64,000 nt of DNA from Octopus sinensis (Eukaryota), in contig NC_042997.1 of NCBI RefSeq assembly GCF_006345805.1, positions 63,674,001 through 63,738,000 on the forward strand, written 5' to 3'. The number at the start of each line of letters is the position of its first letter. The first letter of the stretch is position 1. Below, one piece after another: positions 1 to 12,199 of the stretch. The position numbers were made by a program, and so were the translations under genes. The notes below the pieces were generated by a model, which was not told where the DNA came from, made no database searches, and worked only from the letters and a program-made list of their open reading frames with translations.

Positions 1-1361
1 TACATGCATGTATACCTGCTCATAAATGAGCCCTTCCACGAACCAGAACGCATGTGTGAATGTATAGTGCGTGTGCGAGTGTAATTGCTTGAGGTGATAG
101 CAGAGTCTCGTAGTCCGAGGATGACACTTTAGAATATCTTCCAATTGCTTCTTGGCTCTCTTTTAACAGGACTCAGTTTTAACTGGCTGGTGTCTTGATA
201 ACTAGTATGTAGGATGAGAAAATTATTCTCCCTCATAGTACCAAAGACATCCCCCACATTTTCTATGAAAAATCAATAGATCTATAAATGTTTTCAAATA
301 TTACAGGAATGAGAGTTGCCATAGATTTACATGCCGTCAGAGCATGATAACGTCAATGCAATTCATGATAGTTTAATGTTTGCAAGTACACGTTTGTAAT
401 GAAGGCATAAATGGAGGGTCGTAGAACTGAAAAAGAAGTGTTTGGGCCAAGTGTTTAGTGGGTTACACAGATGAGTGGTGATAAGAGAAAGTCAAATACA
501 TACTTTATTCTAAAGTAAAATATTCAAATATTTTATTGGTTCACAGAAATAGTACAATGTATTATTTTCTCTGTCTTATATACGTATATATGTCATTTTA
601 AAGTATAGATGTTATGACTGATTTGATAAATCTACCCCAATAATCTATTTCTTCTTCTGTTCAAAACGAAATATTCTCCATTATTTTAACATAATTAAGA
701 GGAATTGACTTCTAATGGGAAAAAACTCATCTTAACAACTGCATATCTACGTAAGACAGATACTATCGTTTTAAAAAAAGATATGAAACAATTTAACTTG
801 AAGGAAGTGACTAATGTAATAATTCTTGACTTAATTAACACTGAAAAATTCCAAAGAAAATATAAATAACTCCTTTTTATAACTAGAAACAGTGGAACTT
901 AATAATTTTGAAATGAAAATAGAAATACTAAATTTATTAGTTTCTCGGTTCAAACTTATTTGTAGTCTATAATGAACAAATTAGTTTTAATCTCATCACG
1001 TTTTCCTTTTCTTATTAAGAATGCTTCATTTATTTATATTTCTTTTATTTCCATTTTCAACTAACAATGTATACAGAAATTCATTTAATTTGAAAATTTT
1101 AAACTAAAATTTTAATCTATATATGTATTAGTTTTAAAACAATATATTATTAATTTTAATACAGCAATAATGGTAGACATACTGATATCGTGACACACAT
1201 TTTCCTTTTGTGATGGGAAAATTAAAGCCCTTAAACTGATACTATGTATAGCAATTTCTGACTTACGGAGGGGTCAATAATGAAATATTCTTGCAGCTAT
1301 GATAGGTTGTCATACTCCGGAAAATCATCTACGAGTTCGGTTCAATTCTTTTCACTCTATG

Positions 1362-1560
1362 TATGAGTGGGTGCTGAAAATTCCTTGGTTTTCGGTAAAA
1401 GAAAATACAGGAGGATCAGTTAATTATAATTTTATTCAACGTTTTACCACTCAGATTCACCCACTTATTGCAGTGATCTGCCAGGTTTCCTATGCCCTGT
1501 AAAAGAACTCGGAAGTTCACGAGACCCTTAAAGCCAGAAAATGTTCAGCAACCCTTCGTA
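1362..1560. mobile_element. Tc1/mariner-type MITE (~200 bp); truncated relative at 30013-30123
   Basis: Imperfect terminal inverted repeats TATGAGTGGGTGCTGAAAATTCCTTGG and CCAGAAAATGTTCAGCAACCCTTCGTA, with TA at both ends. The internal AATT..ATTTT..TCAAC..CTCAGA..CAC.CACTTATTGC segment recurs at 30060-30123. Confidence 0.65.
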
Positions 1561-1799
1561 ACATAACGGGGAAGAAGGATTAGTGTTTCACGCAATTGTA
1601 CGAGCATGAAAGCTGTGACCAAGTCTTGGTTTGTACTGAATGATGTTGATGAAGAGGATCATCGTTGACATGGTTAAACAAACAATCTCAAAAAGTCGAG
1701 ATTCACAGTACAGTTTGTACTATTCGTCCTTTCGATAGCTTAATACAATACATAGCTCGTGAGATCGTCGATCGGGTGATGTTCCTTAGTCACCGTCTC

Positions 1800-1955
1800 A
1801 CTTCTGTATGCCAATCCGTCGCATGGTTGCCCATTTATTGCTGACTGGACTGAAATGTTTTTGCTCAAGAACACAAAGCACACTTTATCTGGGAATCGAA
1901 ACCATGGTCTTGCAATCAGGAGTGCAATGCCCTAACCACAAGGCGATGCACGTGA
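1800..1955 (-). mobile_element. tRNA-derived SINE, degenerate
   Basis: The reverse strand reads GTGGTTAGGGCATTG...GGTTTCGATTCCCAG (A/B-box-like), followed by GTGTTCTTGAGCAAAAACA. The same family occurs at 24590-24700. Confidence 0.65.
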
Positions 1956-1977
1956 CTTCACTGACTTAATAAGAAAT

Positions 1978-1979
1978 GC

Positions 1980-2021
<42 letters not shown>

Positions 2022-2190
2022 TATACATATGTATATATATATATATATATACATGTATACTTATAGATATACATACATATATATACATATACATATACAT
2101 ACATGCACATATATATATGTATGTATGTATAATATATGTGTTGTGTGTAATACATATATATCACATATATTGCGATATATGTATGTATAT
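1978..2190. repeat. (TA)n/(TACA)n microsatellite
   Basis: Directly visible. Confidence 0.95.
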
Positions 2191-5100
2191 AAGTTCCTTT
2201 TTACTGACATGCTCACAATTTTAAGATCGAATATAATGAAAATGTTTAAAAAATAATGTGCACAGAAATCAATAGAGAAAAGTACATGGATCAATATTAT
2301 CTAAAGTACTGTATAATGTACCTGACATCGTTGACTTGGACCACATGTTGAAAACGTGCTCTAGTGTGCAAACCTATTTGACTTAAATATAAGAAAACTG
2401 ATAAAGTAGAATAAAAACATTTATGGACTATTGGGGGTTGGGAAGCTTACAAAATTATATACCTCAAGTATAGTTACAAATTCTCTCTGCTTATCTTCAT
2501 CAAAGCAAAGTATGTACCAACGTGCCTATCACAAATTATGATATAACATATGTTTCTGAAAAGGGAATGTAAGTACATAATTCATATAATACAGACGGTA
2601 ACGATATCTAGATGTATAAACATATTTCCGAATAGTCTTTAGGTGGGAAGAGTAAATGTTTCTGTAAATGATGTTGCAAAGAAAATATTTTCTTGACGCC
2701 CTTACTTTGCATCGTGTAACTGCTCAGTTACGGCATACAATGAAAATCAAATGTTGCAGGCACGTACATACATATTTCATTGAAAACAAGAAAATATCAT
2801 TGCTCATAGTTTATTATTTTTAGTAGAGTAAAAACAAACTCCGTGTGGCTTTCTATAAATTGCTGAATGATATTTATATATTTGATTATCAGTTTCTGTA
2901 ATGTATCTGATTTGTTACGTAAACTGAAATTGGATATGATGAAGAAACGAAGGGTGTTCTTGAAATACTCTATAATAAAAGAAACATAAAAAATAAAAGA
3001 TTTCTTTTGAATCCTTTATTTATTTATTAGTATTTATTCGCTCAGAACATTTAAGAGCATAACCAGAGGAAGGTAGCCACAGAATTTGTTTTCTTATACA
3101 TTTTTGAAAATACATGTTTATTAATTAAAGTGTCTACAAATACGTTTTACATGGCGCAGATTACGATTATATCAATATTTGCGGTGAAAAGCGTTTTCAG
3201 AGAGGATGATCGGATATTTCACGTGCCGAAATATTATTTTCTTTCAGCATTCAGAAAAAAGATATTTTTTAATGATATGATCCCCAAATAATTTTCACGT
3301 GGTCTCAATTACGGTTAATGAAAGGAAGACGGATATTTCATGCACCCTGAATTTGTTTACTCATTGTTTTGATAATTTAACATTTAAGCCAAAATAATTT
3401 CTTTGACATGCATGTGATGTCTGTTATTTTAACAGACTATACAAACATCTTTGTGTTTTTTTTATAACAGAACATTTAAGATTGCGATTGATAACGAAAG
3501 AAATGCGATTTCAATAATGAGTGACAGCTTTGTACCGACCTTTGTACAAATATTTCAGAGGATTTGCAGGAGAAGGTGGAATATTATTTTTTTTCGATTT
3601 AATTATAATAAAAGTATAAAAACGCATGAGGAAAATAAAGTCCTCATACTTGAAATGTCGCCCTCCCAATTCATTTGTCGCTCCGAACTATGATATAGTC
3701 GAAATCTGCGCTATTCGAGAGTTATTTGTAGGAAACATAATTTGAAAGTATTCACTTCCCTGAAAGTTATGTGGCGATAAAATCGTTCTTGGGGTAGGGT
3801 ATATGTGTAGGTATGTCAAATTAAATTAAATTAAAGCTAGTTTTGTTCAGTTTTCTATGTCTTTAACAACACCCGGTAAATGCGAAACGATACTGGAATC
3901 AACATGAAGGGATTCATGCTAGATTAAACCTACAATTATATAGCATGTAGCGTTATAATTACTTAGGCAACATTTCCAAAAGGATAAATAAACGTTAAAT
4001 TAACTAGCAGTAAACTGAAATTGAATACGATTTCGGAATGAAGCTTGTTCTTGAAATACTTTAGGATAAAAGAAGCATAAAAAATGTATTTTGACCCAAA
4101 ATATATATTAAAACTGGAATTTATAAAAAAATTCTATACAGTTTAGTCATTAATAATTGGTTTTATAATTGTAAAAGTTACATGATTACAATTAATTTAG
4201 AAAGCAATTATTTTCATTATAGTATATGTTTGTGTGATGAAAGTGTAGTGAATAATGAAAACGACAGAGCTTTGAATAAAATATTGACTTTCTGAGTTCA
4301 AATCACGCCGAGATCAGATTTCCCTTTTCTACTTTCAGGATCGTTAAAATGAAGTACAAGTTGAGAAATTGGACCGATTGTTTTGATTGGCTCCCATCGG
4401 ATTTCTGATCATGTTGCTATGTTACTCATTGTTCTTTTTAAATCGGCGAAATGGTCGAGCCTAGGAGTTTTGAACTGAATCATATGCAGCATTCGCTTTC
4501 TGAGCACTGAGTCCAAGTACTCTGAGGTTAACTTAGCTTTTCATCATTTCTGGGTCTATGGATGAAATCCACTTGCATTGAGAATCGTTGTTCTGCTTCT
4601 TTTTTTGCCTACATCTATGACTCTCTTGAATTCTTGAAGAAACCCCCCTATTAAGGGCTGATATGGAAACGGATGGTCTACGTAAGGTCTGATGATTGCC
4701 CATCAAGCTGCACGTTTGGACAAGGATCCTATAACCACGTTACTTATTGAGTGCAACACGAATATTATTTTGTTTATGTTATTCTATACTCTAATTTTGT
4801 AACATTGATGTAGAAAATATCAGCGGCCTTACTTCCTGGAACCTACTTCCTATTTGGTATGAACAGTTTTTCGTTTAGTCGGTTTTTTATTTTCAATAGT
4901 ATTGATTTAACCATCGTTGTTGTAACATTATCAACTCTAATGCACAAAAACTACATTTTACAACGAGTCCGTTTATTTTGCTAGACTGTAGGCCAAGTTT
5001 TAAGTGGGATTTTGAGTAGCATTTATCAATAGATCGTGTGGCTTCCTAGAGAGTACTCTTAGTCGTCTGGAGATCTTAGTGATTTCGGAAATGTCAACGA

Positions 5101-5569
5101 ACTTCCAGTCATGGAACATCAATGGATGCACATATAATATTAAATCTATGAGTACATGGATATATTTTTATTTTACGAACAATTTTCATATATTGTTAGT
5201 AATAAAAGTTAATCTGAGTAGAGTTATTTTATTAATACAAAGGTTGCTAAAGTATAATCCGTTTTCTATAGCTACCTTAATGTATGCGTACATTCAATGA
5301 ATAGATCTATATCTTGATTCCTTACATGAAGATTTGTGTTCATAAATTCATGTATTCAGTGCAAATATTAGCTGCATAAACTTAATATGGTTCCTGCAAA
5401 TGAAGTCTACAGAGTCTGCTGACGTATTTATATGAATACGTCCATATACATGCATACGTAAATATAGACATAGAGTCACTAATTAACACACATATAAATA
5501 CGTACGTGCACATGCAGGAATATATACTGCGTTCATAATTTATACATATATAGAATATATTGAACATTT

Positions 5570-5668
5570 CTACCTACCTACCTACCTACCTACCTACCTA
5601 CCTACCTACCTACCTACCTACCTACCTACCTACCTACCTACTTACATACATACATACATATCTCTCTC

Positions 5669-5749
<81 letters not shown>

Positions 5750-5755
5750 CTATCT
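5570..5755. repeat. Compound (CTAC)n-(TACA)n-(TATC)n microsatellite; Tx1 insertion target
   Basis: Directly visible. It abuts the Tx1 5' junction and resumes at 7713. Confidence 0.95.
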
Positions 5756-7712
5756 AGAGGCATCCGTTCGGTAATTCGCGTAAATGGACATCTATCGAGA
5801 CCTTTCGACATTGCACGTTCGGTCCGTCAGGGATGCCCCCTCTCGGCGCTTCTATACGTATTGACTCTTGAGCCACTACTGCGGAAGCTGGCGACTCTAA
5901 GGGGCATCCCGCGAGAATTGGGATGCGGGACGAGCGTGTCTGCATACGCGGACGACGTCACCGTCATAGTGTCTAGCCACGAGCACATCGAGCTGGTCGG
6001 CGAGACACTGAAAAACTACGAAGCGGTGACAGGAGCGAAAATCAACCGGGAAAAGTCAGTGGGCTTGCGACTAGGCACCTGGAGAAGCAAGCCCATGCCG
6101 TCCACCAGCGCCTCCGTCGTGGGACGCTGGACCGACGGCCCGGTTGAGTTGCTCGGGGTCTGGTTCGGTCCGGACCTCCAAGTGGAGAAGAACTGGAACG
6201 AGATAACGAGTAGGGTGGTCACTCTCGCCCGGCAATGGGCCGAGAGGAAACTGTCCCTAAAAGGTCGAGCGGAGGTGGCGAACACGTACATCGCGTCCGT
6301 CATCTACTACCGCCTGACCGTCGTACCTTGTCCCGACCCTACCATCACCAAACTACAACGCATCCTCTTTCGCTTCTTGTGGAAAGGATGCGTCCCGATG
6401 GTCAGGCGATCCATTTGCTGTCAACACCCGTTAAAAGGAGGGCTGGGCATGCCGTGGTTGATGATGCGCAGACACGCGCTGAGACTGCGACATCTCTGGC
6501 TCTATGTAGACGACGGTGAACAGGTGTGGTCGCCGTTTGTGAGGCACGCTTTCCCGCAGCTCGTCTCCATGACCGAACTGCAGTCGTGGATCAAAAAGAG
6601 GCCGAGGAAGGGCGAATGGCACCGCGAGTGTCGCGTTGCTCTCAAGCAACTCTGCCGTCCTGGGTCGACCTTAAGTGACTTCAACAAACCAAAGCATTCT
6701 ATAGGGGTTTAGTGGAGGGGAGGTACGACGACGAGCTCGGGGCGAACCTGGACGTCGACGAGGAGTACCTGACCCGCCTGTTCGGGACGACTTTCGGGCC
6801 AGGGCCCATGGACAACTTCCAGAGATCCCTGGCCTGGCAGTGCTACCGAGAAGCGCTACCCGTTCGGGATAAGCTCTACAGACACGGCTCGAGAAACACG
6901 GGGCCGACCTGCCCGAGATGCGGTCAGAGCGACGAACCGTTCTGCACGCACTCGTTCAGTGTCCAACAATTTCCGACCTGTGGGCTTATGTCGAACAACT
7001 GCTGTCACGTGTGGGACGAGTCGGTTTATCAGCTGAGTCTATCGTCAATATTGTCACGCCTCCTTCCTTCAAACGGGAAGGAAGAGCTATTTTCATCATC
7101 CTTGTGGCTATGGCGAAAGAATGTATCTGGTGGACGCGTCTGAAAGGATTGGAGACAAACACTTTCCTCTCTGGTCAATCTCTCATCAACTTCTTCAAGT
7201 ACCACTTGAAAAGGAAAGTGAGAGTAGAGAGGCAAGTTTTGTCTAGCGAATGTTTTAAAAAAAGATGGGTGAATGTAGCAAGAATGGCACGTATGAATGA
7301 CGAAGCCACCTTGAGCATAGTCCTATGAACCCAGAAATCGAAAACAGAGAGTTGCTTATTTGCAAAAAAAAAAAAAAAAAAGAAATATAAAATGTGACTT
7401 CATTGACCGAGGTTACCGTGGTCTTTTCCGTAGGCTTTTCTTTCCACGGGTAAACCTCACCTGTCCTCCCCTTTACACTTCATATTGACATTTCTGTGAT
7501 AATGATCCCTATTGATCAATTTTTTCCTCTCCCCCCTTTTTTTTTTTTTAACCCCCCCTTTTTTGTCCTCTTTCTCTCCTTTTACGATCCCTTTTGATCG
7601 AAACTCCCCTTCCTTTTTTTTTTTTTTTTTTTTTTTTAAACCTTCAAAAGAAAAGCTCTACCTTGTAATTTGTTCTATCTGTGTGCAGCCCTGTGTGGCT
7701 AATAAAGAAACA
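5756..7712 (+). mobile_element. Tx1-clade (L1 group) non-LTR retrotransposon, 5'-truncated copy 1 with two 1-nt frameshifts
   Basis: The reading frame gives RT motifs VRQGCPLSALLYVLTLEP, YADD and LGVWFG, then LSLKGRAEVAN..SVIYYRL and GGLGMP (Tx1-like), and a C-terminal [14 protein letters not shown] zinc knuckle. Stop at 7328; the ~385-nt 3' UTR ends AATAAAGAAACA. Confidence 0.92.
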
Positions 7713-7810
7713 TATCTATCTATCTATCTTATCAATCTATCTATCTCTCAACATCTGTCTCTCTCCCTCTCTCTCTTCTCCACACACACACACACACCAC
7801 ACATATACAT

Positions 7811-7885
<75 letters not shown>

Positions 7886-8103
7886 ATATTAGGGAATAAA
7901 TCCAAATTTACAGGGAAAAAATCAGATTTAGGATTAAATCCAATTTTATAGTAAAATATTATAAAATATTATTAGAGACAAAACCACTATTTTGCAAAAC
8001 AAACAAGGAAAGACTTAATCAATACATAAAAGTTTAATAAATAGTCAAAAAAACCGCCACTACAATTGTTTCTTGTCTTGATCGACAATCTTCAGGTGGA
8101 CTT
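7886..8103 (-). mobile_element. PLE terminal-repeat (pLTR)-like segment with hammerhead; same family as 32540-32766
   Basis: Its reverse complement aligns along its length with 32540-32766. Both end ...GGATTTATTCCCTAATATT followed by (TTA)n/(TA)n. Confidence 0.7.
8057..8099 (-). ncRNA. Type I hammerhead ribozyme (minimal, palindromic stem III)
   Basis: Minus strand: CCAC-CUGAAGA-UUGUC(GAUCAA)GACAA-GAAA-C(AAUU)GU-A-GUGG. The core and all three stems are present. Confidence 0.8.
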
Positions 8104-8538
8104 CCAATCTAAAATATCAATATTTTAAAATATAAAAATAATAATTTTAAAATAATTAAAGTATGAATGAAAAAATGTAAATATATAATCCATATATAAC
8201 CTATATATAATCCATATATAATCAATATATAAACAATATATAAACTAAAATAAACCTATCAACAATTAAATATAAAATATAAAATATAAAATATAAAATA
8301 TAAAACAAAACAAAAAAATAATAATAATATAATAATAAACTATATATACACCCATACACATATACCTAATTATATATAACCATATCTAACTACATACACT
8401 AAATCACACACCTATATATATATCCCTATACATACACATAAAAACGTCTAGGCAACTATAAATAAATAAAATAGCTAAATACTTCAACACAATACTTATT
8501 CATACTCCCACACACACACACATACAACCCACATTCAC

Positions 8539-9373
8539 GCTCTAGAAAACGGACATCACTTAAAATTATGAACGGAGAAATGGAATAAATGGAATTAAAA
8601 ATTATATTCACTTGGTAAAACTAACACTACTTAAAAATTATGAATGAAACAATGCAATAAAACAACAGACATTGCAAATAGACACAAATACTACGAATTC
8701 CTTAACAAACCTACCATGATAAACCAAAACTCATAAAAACATATAATGATAAAATCTCCCTTTACTAAACTCTATAACATACCTATATAGCAATCCCCCT
8801 AACCTAAACATTCACACACAAATACACACACGTAAACCACACACCCACGACATATACAAATACCCACACCACTTACACATACCTATACATACATATAAAC
8901 CTCAACATATACTCCAAAAACCCACTCAACCCCACACAGACAAATAAACACAAAATTATGAATGGATTCTTTTATAAAACTACCATGATAAGCTAAAACT
9001 CACAAAACATAAATGATAAAACCTCCCTTACTAAACACTATAACATACTTATATAGGAATCCCTTTAACCTATACATTCACACACAAATACACACACGTA
9101 AACCACACACCCATAACAAATACAAACACCCACCCCACTCACACACACCCACAAGTACATATACGCCTCAACATATACACCAAACAAAATTACTTTACCA
9201 AGGAACTTAACATATGTATAAAAAGTATAACCGCTCTGGAAACGAACATCTTTTAAAATAATGAATGGAGAAATGGAATAAATGGAATTAAAAATAATAT
9301 TCACGTGGCAAAACGAACACCACTCAAAAATTATGAATGAAACAATGTAATAAAACAACCAACATCGAAAATA
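8539..9373. repeat. Degenerate direct repeats arranged A-B-B'-A'
   Basis: A 8539-8680 resembles A' 9233-9373; B 8711-8915 resembles B' 8980-9183. Confidence 0.8.
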
Positions 9374-9535
9374 TACATAGGTGCATGTTTACATACAGTG
9401 GGGTATTGAGAAGCACTATCACACACGCATACACACAAAGACACAAACTCACTTGCAAGGGGCATATACATGGATGAAGATATCTCTATATACGTTTATA
9501 TATATTAGTTGGTATTATATACGTCGACGTGATAA

Positions 9536-9735
9536 TTACACAGCAGGTAACTGTCTAATCATGGGGTGTTGATTAAATATACACATAACCCTGTCGTCAC
9601 ATTTAATGAAATGAGTATATTGATTTTCATGTAGCAATTTCAAATTAGAATCTAAACGTATTGTAGCTGTGTTAACTTTTCTTGTATAATCAGCAATGTG
9701 TGTAGCAATAAACCATTCAGTTCCATTTGATGTAT
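9536..9735 (-). CDS. Candidate terminal coding exon, product unknown
   Basis: Acceptor TATTTTCCAG, then an open phase-1 frame xTSNGTEWFIATHIADYTRKVNT...HPMIRQLPAV*. No recognised homology; could be a chance ORF. Confidence 0.22.
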
Positions 9736-9776
9736 CTGGAAAATACTTTACTCTGGATATGTTGTATATATAAATA

Positions 9777-9823
<47 letters not shown>

Positions 9824-9824
9824 A

Positions 9825-9911
<87 letters not shown>

Positions 9912-10252
9912 TATATATATACGTTCTCTTGCACCACCTATGCTGGCGTTTGGAAAAAAAACTTTTATTATTCATGATTGAGTTTCTGTACACCGTAGGA
10001 TTTCCAATTATCCTTTGCTTGTTTAAGTTTGTACTGTTTTCAAACAAAAGTTTATTTTTATTTTGGCATTAATTACAATAGCGTTTCAATAGCACATATA
10101 TGCGTTCAATCATTTCTGTGGTTATATAGCTTATTGGAAGCGTAATTTAATGTTAGGAAATTCACTACATATTTTCTAATATATAAACAAATATCTGATT
10201 ACATATCAAGATCCCTACCTTAGTGCATAACCCGGCCTTTCTCTCATTCTAT

Positions 10253-10290
<38 letters not shown>

Positions 10291-10365
10291 AACACACACA
10301 TATATGTAATATTGTACATGCATGCAGACATACAAATGCATACGTACATATATATATAATACATA

Positions 10366-10426
<61 letters not shown>

Positions 10427-10524
10427 CATAATACTGTATGGATGATGGAAGCACTCCGTCGGTAACGACGATGAGGGTTCCGGTTGATCCGAATCAACGG
10501 AACAGCCTGCTCGTGAAATTAACT

Positions 10525-11450
10525 GGGTAAATACCAATACTTCATAAAAACCCAAAATTAAAGGAAATTCTAAACATACACCAAATCATTAAAAGCTACA
10601 AACAGCCTAAATCACTTAAAAAGATTCTCACAAAGGCAAAATTGTCTTCTAAAATTACGGATGCAAAAGTAAAAAAATGTGGTAGATCAAACTGTGCAAC
10701 ATGTCCTAACCTATTGGAAGGATCAGAATTCTTCTTTAAAGAGGGACAGAAATTCAAGATCAAATCTAACTTTACTTGTGCCTCTGAAAACATAATTTAT
10801 GTCATTAAATGCTCGGGCTGCCACCAAGACTACGTGGGTTCCACGGGACTATCACTCAGGCGTAGATGCACACTGCATCGACAACAGATTGCATTCCCAG
10901 AATATAGAATGATACCTTTTAGTGAGCACATTGAGAAATGCGCAAAGCAACTACTGCCACAATTTTTAATCTTCCCATTTTACCAATGTGCTTTCGGATC
11001 ATCAACACAAGGAAACATTCTTCATTGAAAAGTACAAACCCAGACTCAACCATCCGAACATACTGACACAGAGAAATTAACAAGGGAAAGGGAAAAACCA
11101 TCCGAACATACTGACACAGAGAAATGAACAAGGGAAAAGGAAAAATTTTTAAGCGATTATCTCCCTTACACCGGAAGAAATCACTCACTACCTCCCCTTA
11201 TTTAGAAATCTCCTGAAAATAAACACGACGATAACTCCATGCAATATAAACATAACGTCACAAGAAATTTGAAAAGCTACACGCGAACCGGTAATTTCTT
11301 TAAAAATTTTAAAATTATGTCATTTTAAGGAAAGGAAAAAAATTTTTCCAATATTCTCCAGACATTTTGACACAAATATATATATTTTTTAACATTTAAG
11401 CCTTCTGTCGTTTTTTCACACTTTACTATTTTCTTATATATTCACCCACG
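10525..11450 (+). mobile_element. Penelope-like element 3' fragment with GIY-YIG endonuclease (Neptune-like)
   Basis: KCGRSNCATC...FTCASENIIYVIKCSGCHQDYVGSTGLSLRRRCTLHRQQI...FSEH: CxxxxCxxC motif plus the IY/YVG motif. After a frameshift the frame ends FIEKYKPRLN. Confidence 0.88.
11048..11143 (+). repeat. 48-bp tandem duplication at the PLE ORF end
   Basis: AACCATCCGAACATACTGACACAGAGAAAT.AACAAGGGAAA.GGAAA occurs twice. Confidence 0.9.
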
Positions 11451-11828
11451 TGCTTTACCAAACAAACTTTCTTATCTATATATATATATATATATACATT
11501 TTTACTATGTTCGTACACAAGCTTCCCATATGTCTTAATTTCTTTCTAACTTTTTTATTTTTATTTTTTAAATATTTATCATGTTTTCCTTTTACCTTTT
11601 TTCCTATTAAATTGTGTGAATGTATACGTGTATGAGTATATGTATATACATATTTTATAAATATAGGTGTGTGCGTGTGAATGTATGTGCATGTGTATAT
11701 ATATGCATATGAGTGTAAGACTGTGGTGCATAAGTGCGACTTTCATGCACACACATCCTTCCTTTATACGGATATGCATATATTTGCATATATGCGAGTT
11801 TAGGTGTGTGATATGTATATATATATAT

Positions 11829-11870
<42 letters not shown>

Positions 11871-12199
11871 ACATAAGAAATTAAAGAAGGAAATGCACAC
11901 CCTTTACTCACTTTTAATATAATTTTTAATATATCTTATATTGTCTTTGTTAACCGCTTTGCGTTCAATATTCATGATATTAGGATTTATTTAAATACGT
12001 ATTTTCTTAAGAAGAATTTTTTGTTCATGTTGTCTGTGAAAGATCTAAGGAGAGGTAATTGGTTACCGTTATTATTGTGGGCAGAGGTCAGTAGGGGCGG
12101 AGGAACATATATGTATATACACAAAACTAGAGGAGCTTGGAAAATATGTACAGTGATGGGTATGTAATCTTGAATTAAAATATTTAACGTGATCAAAGT

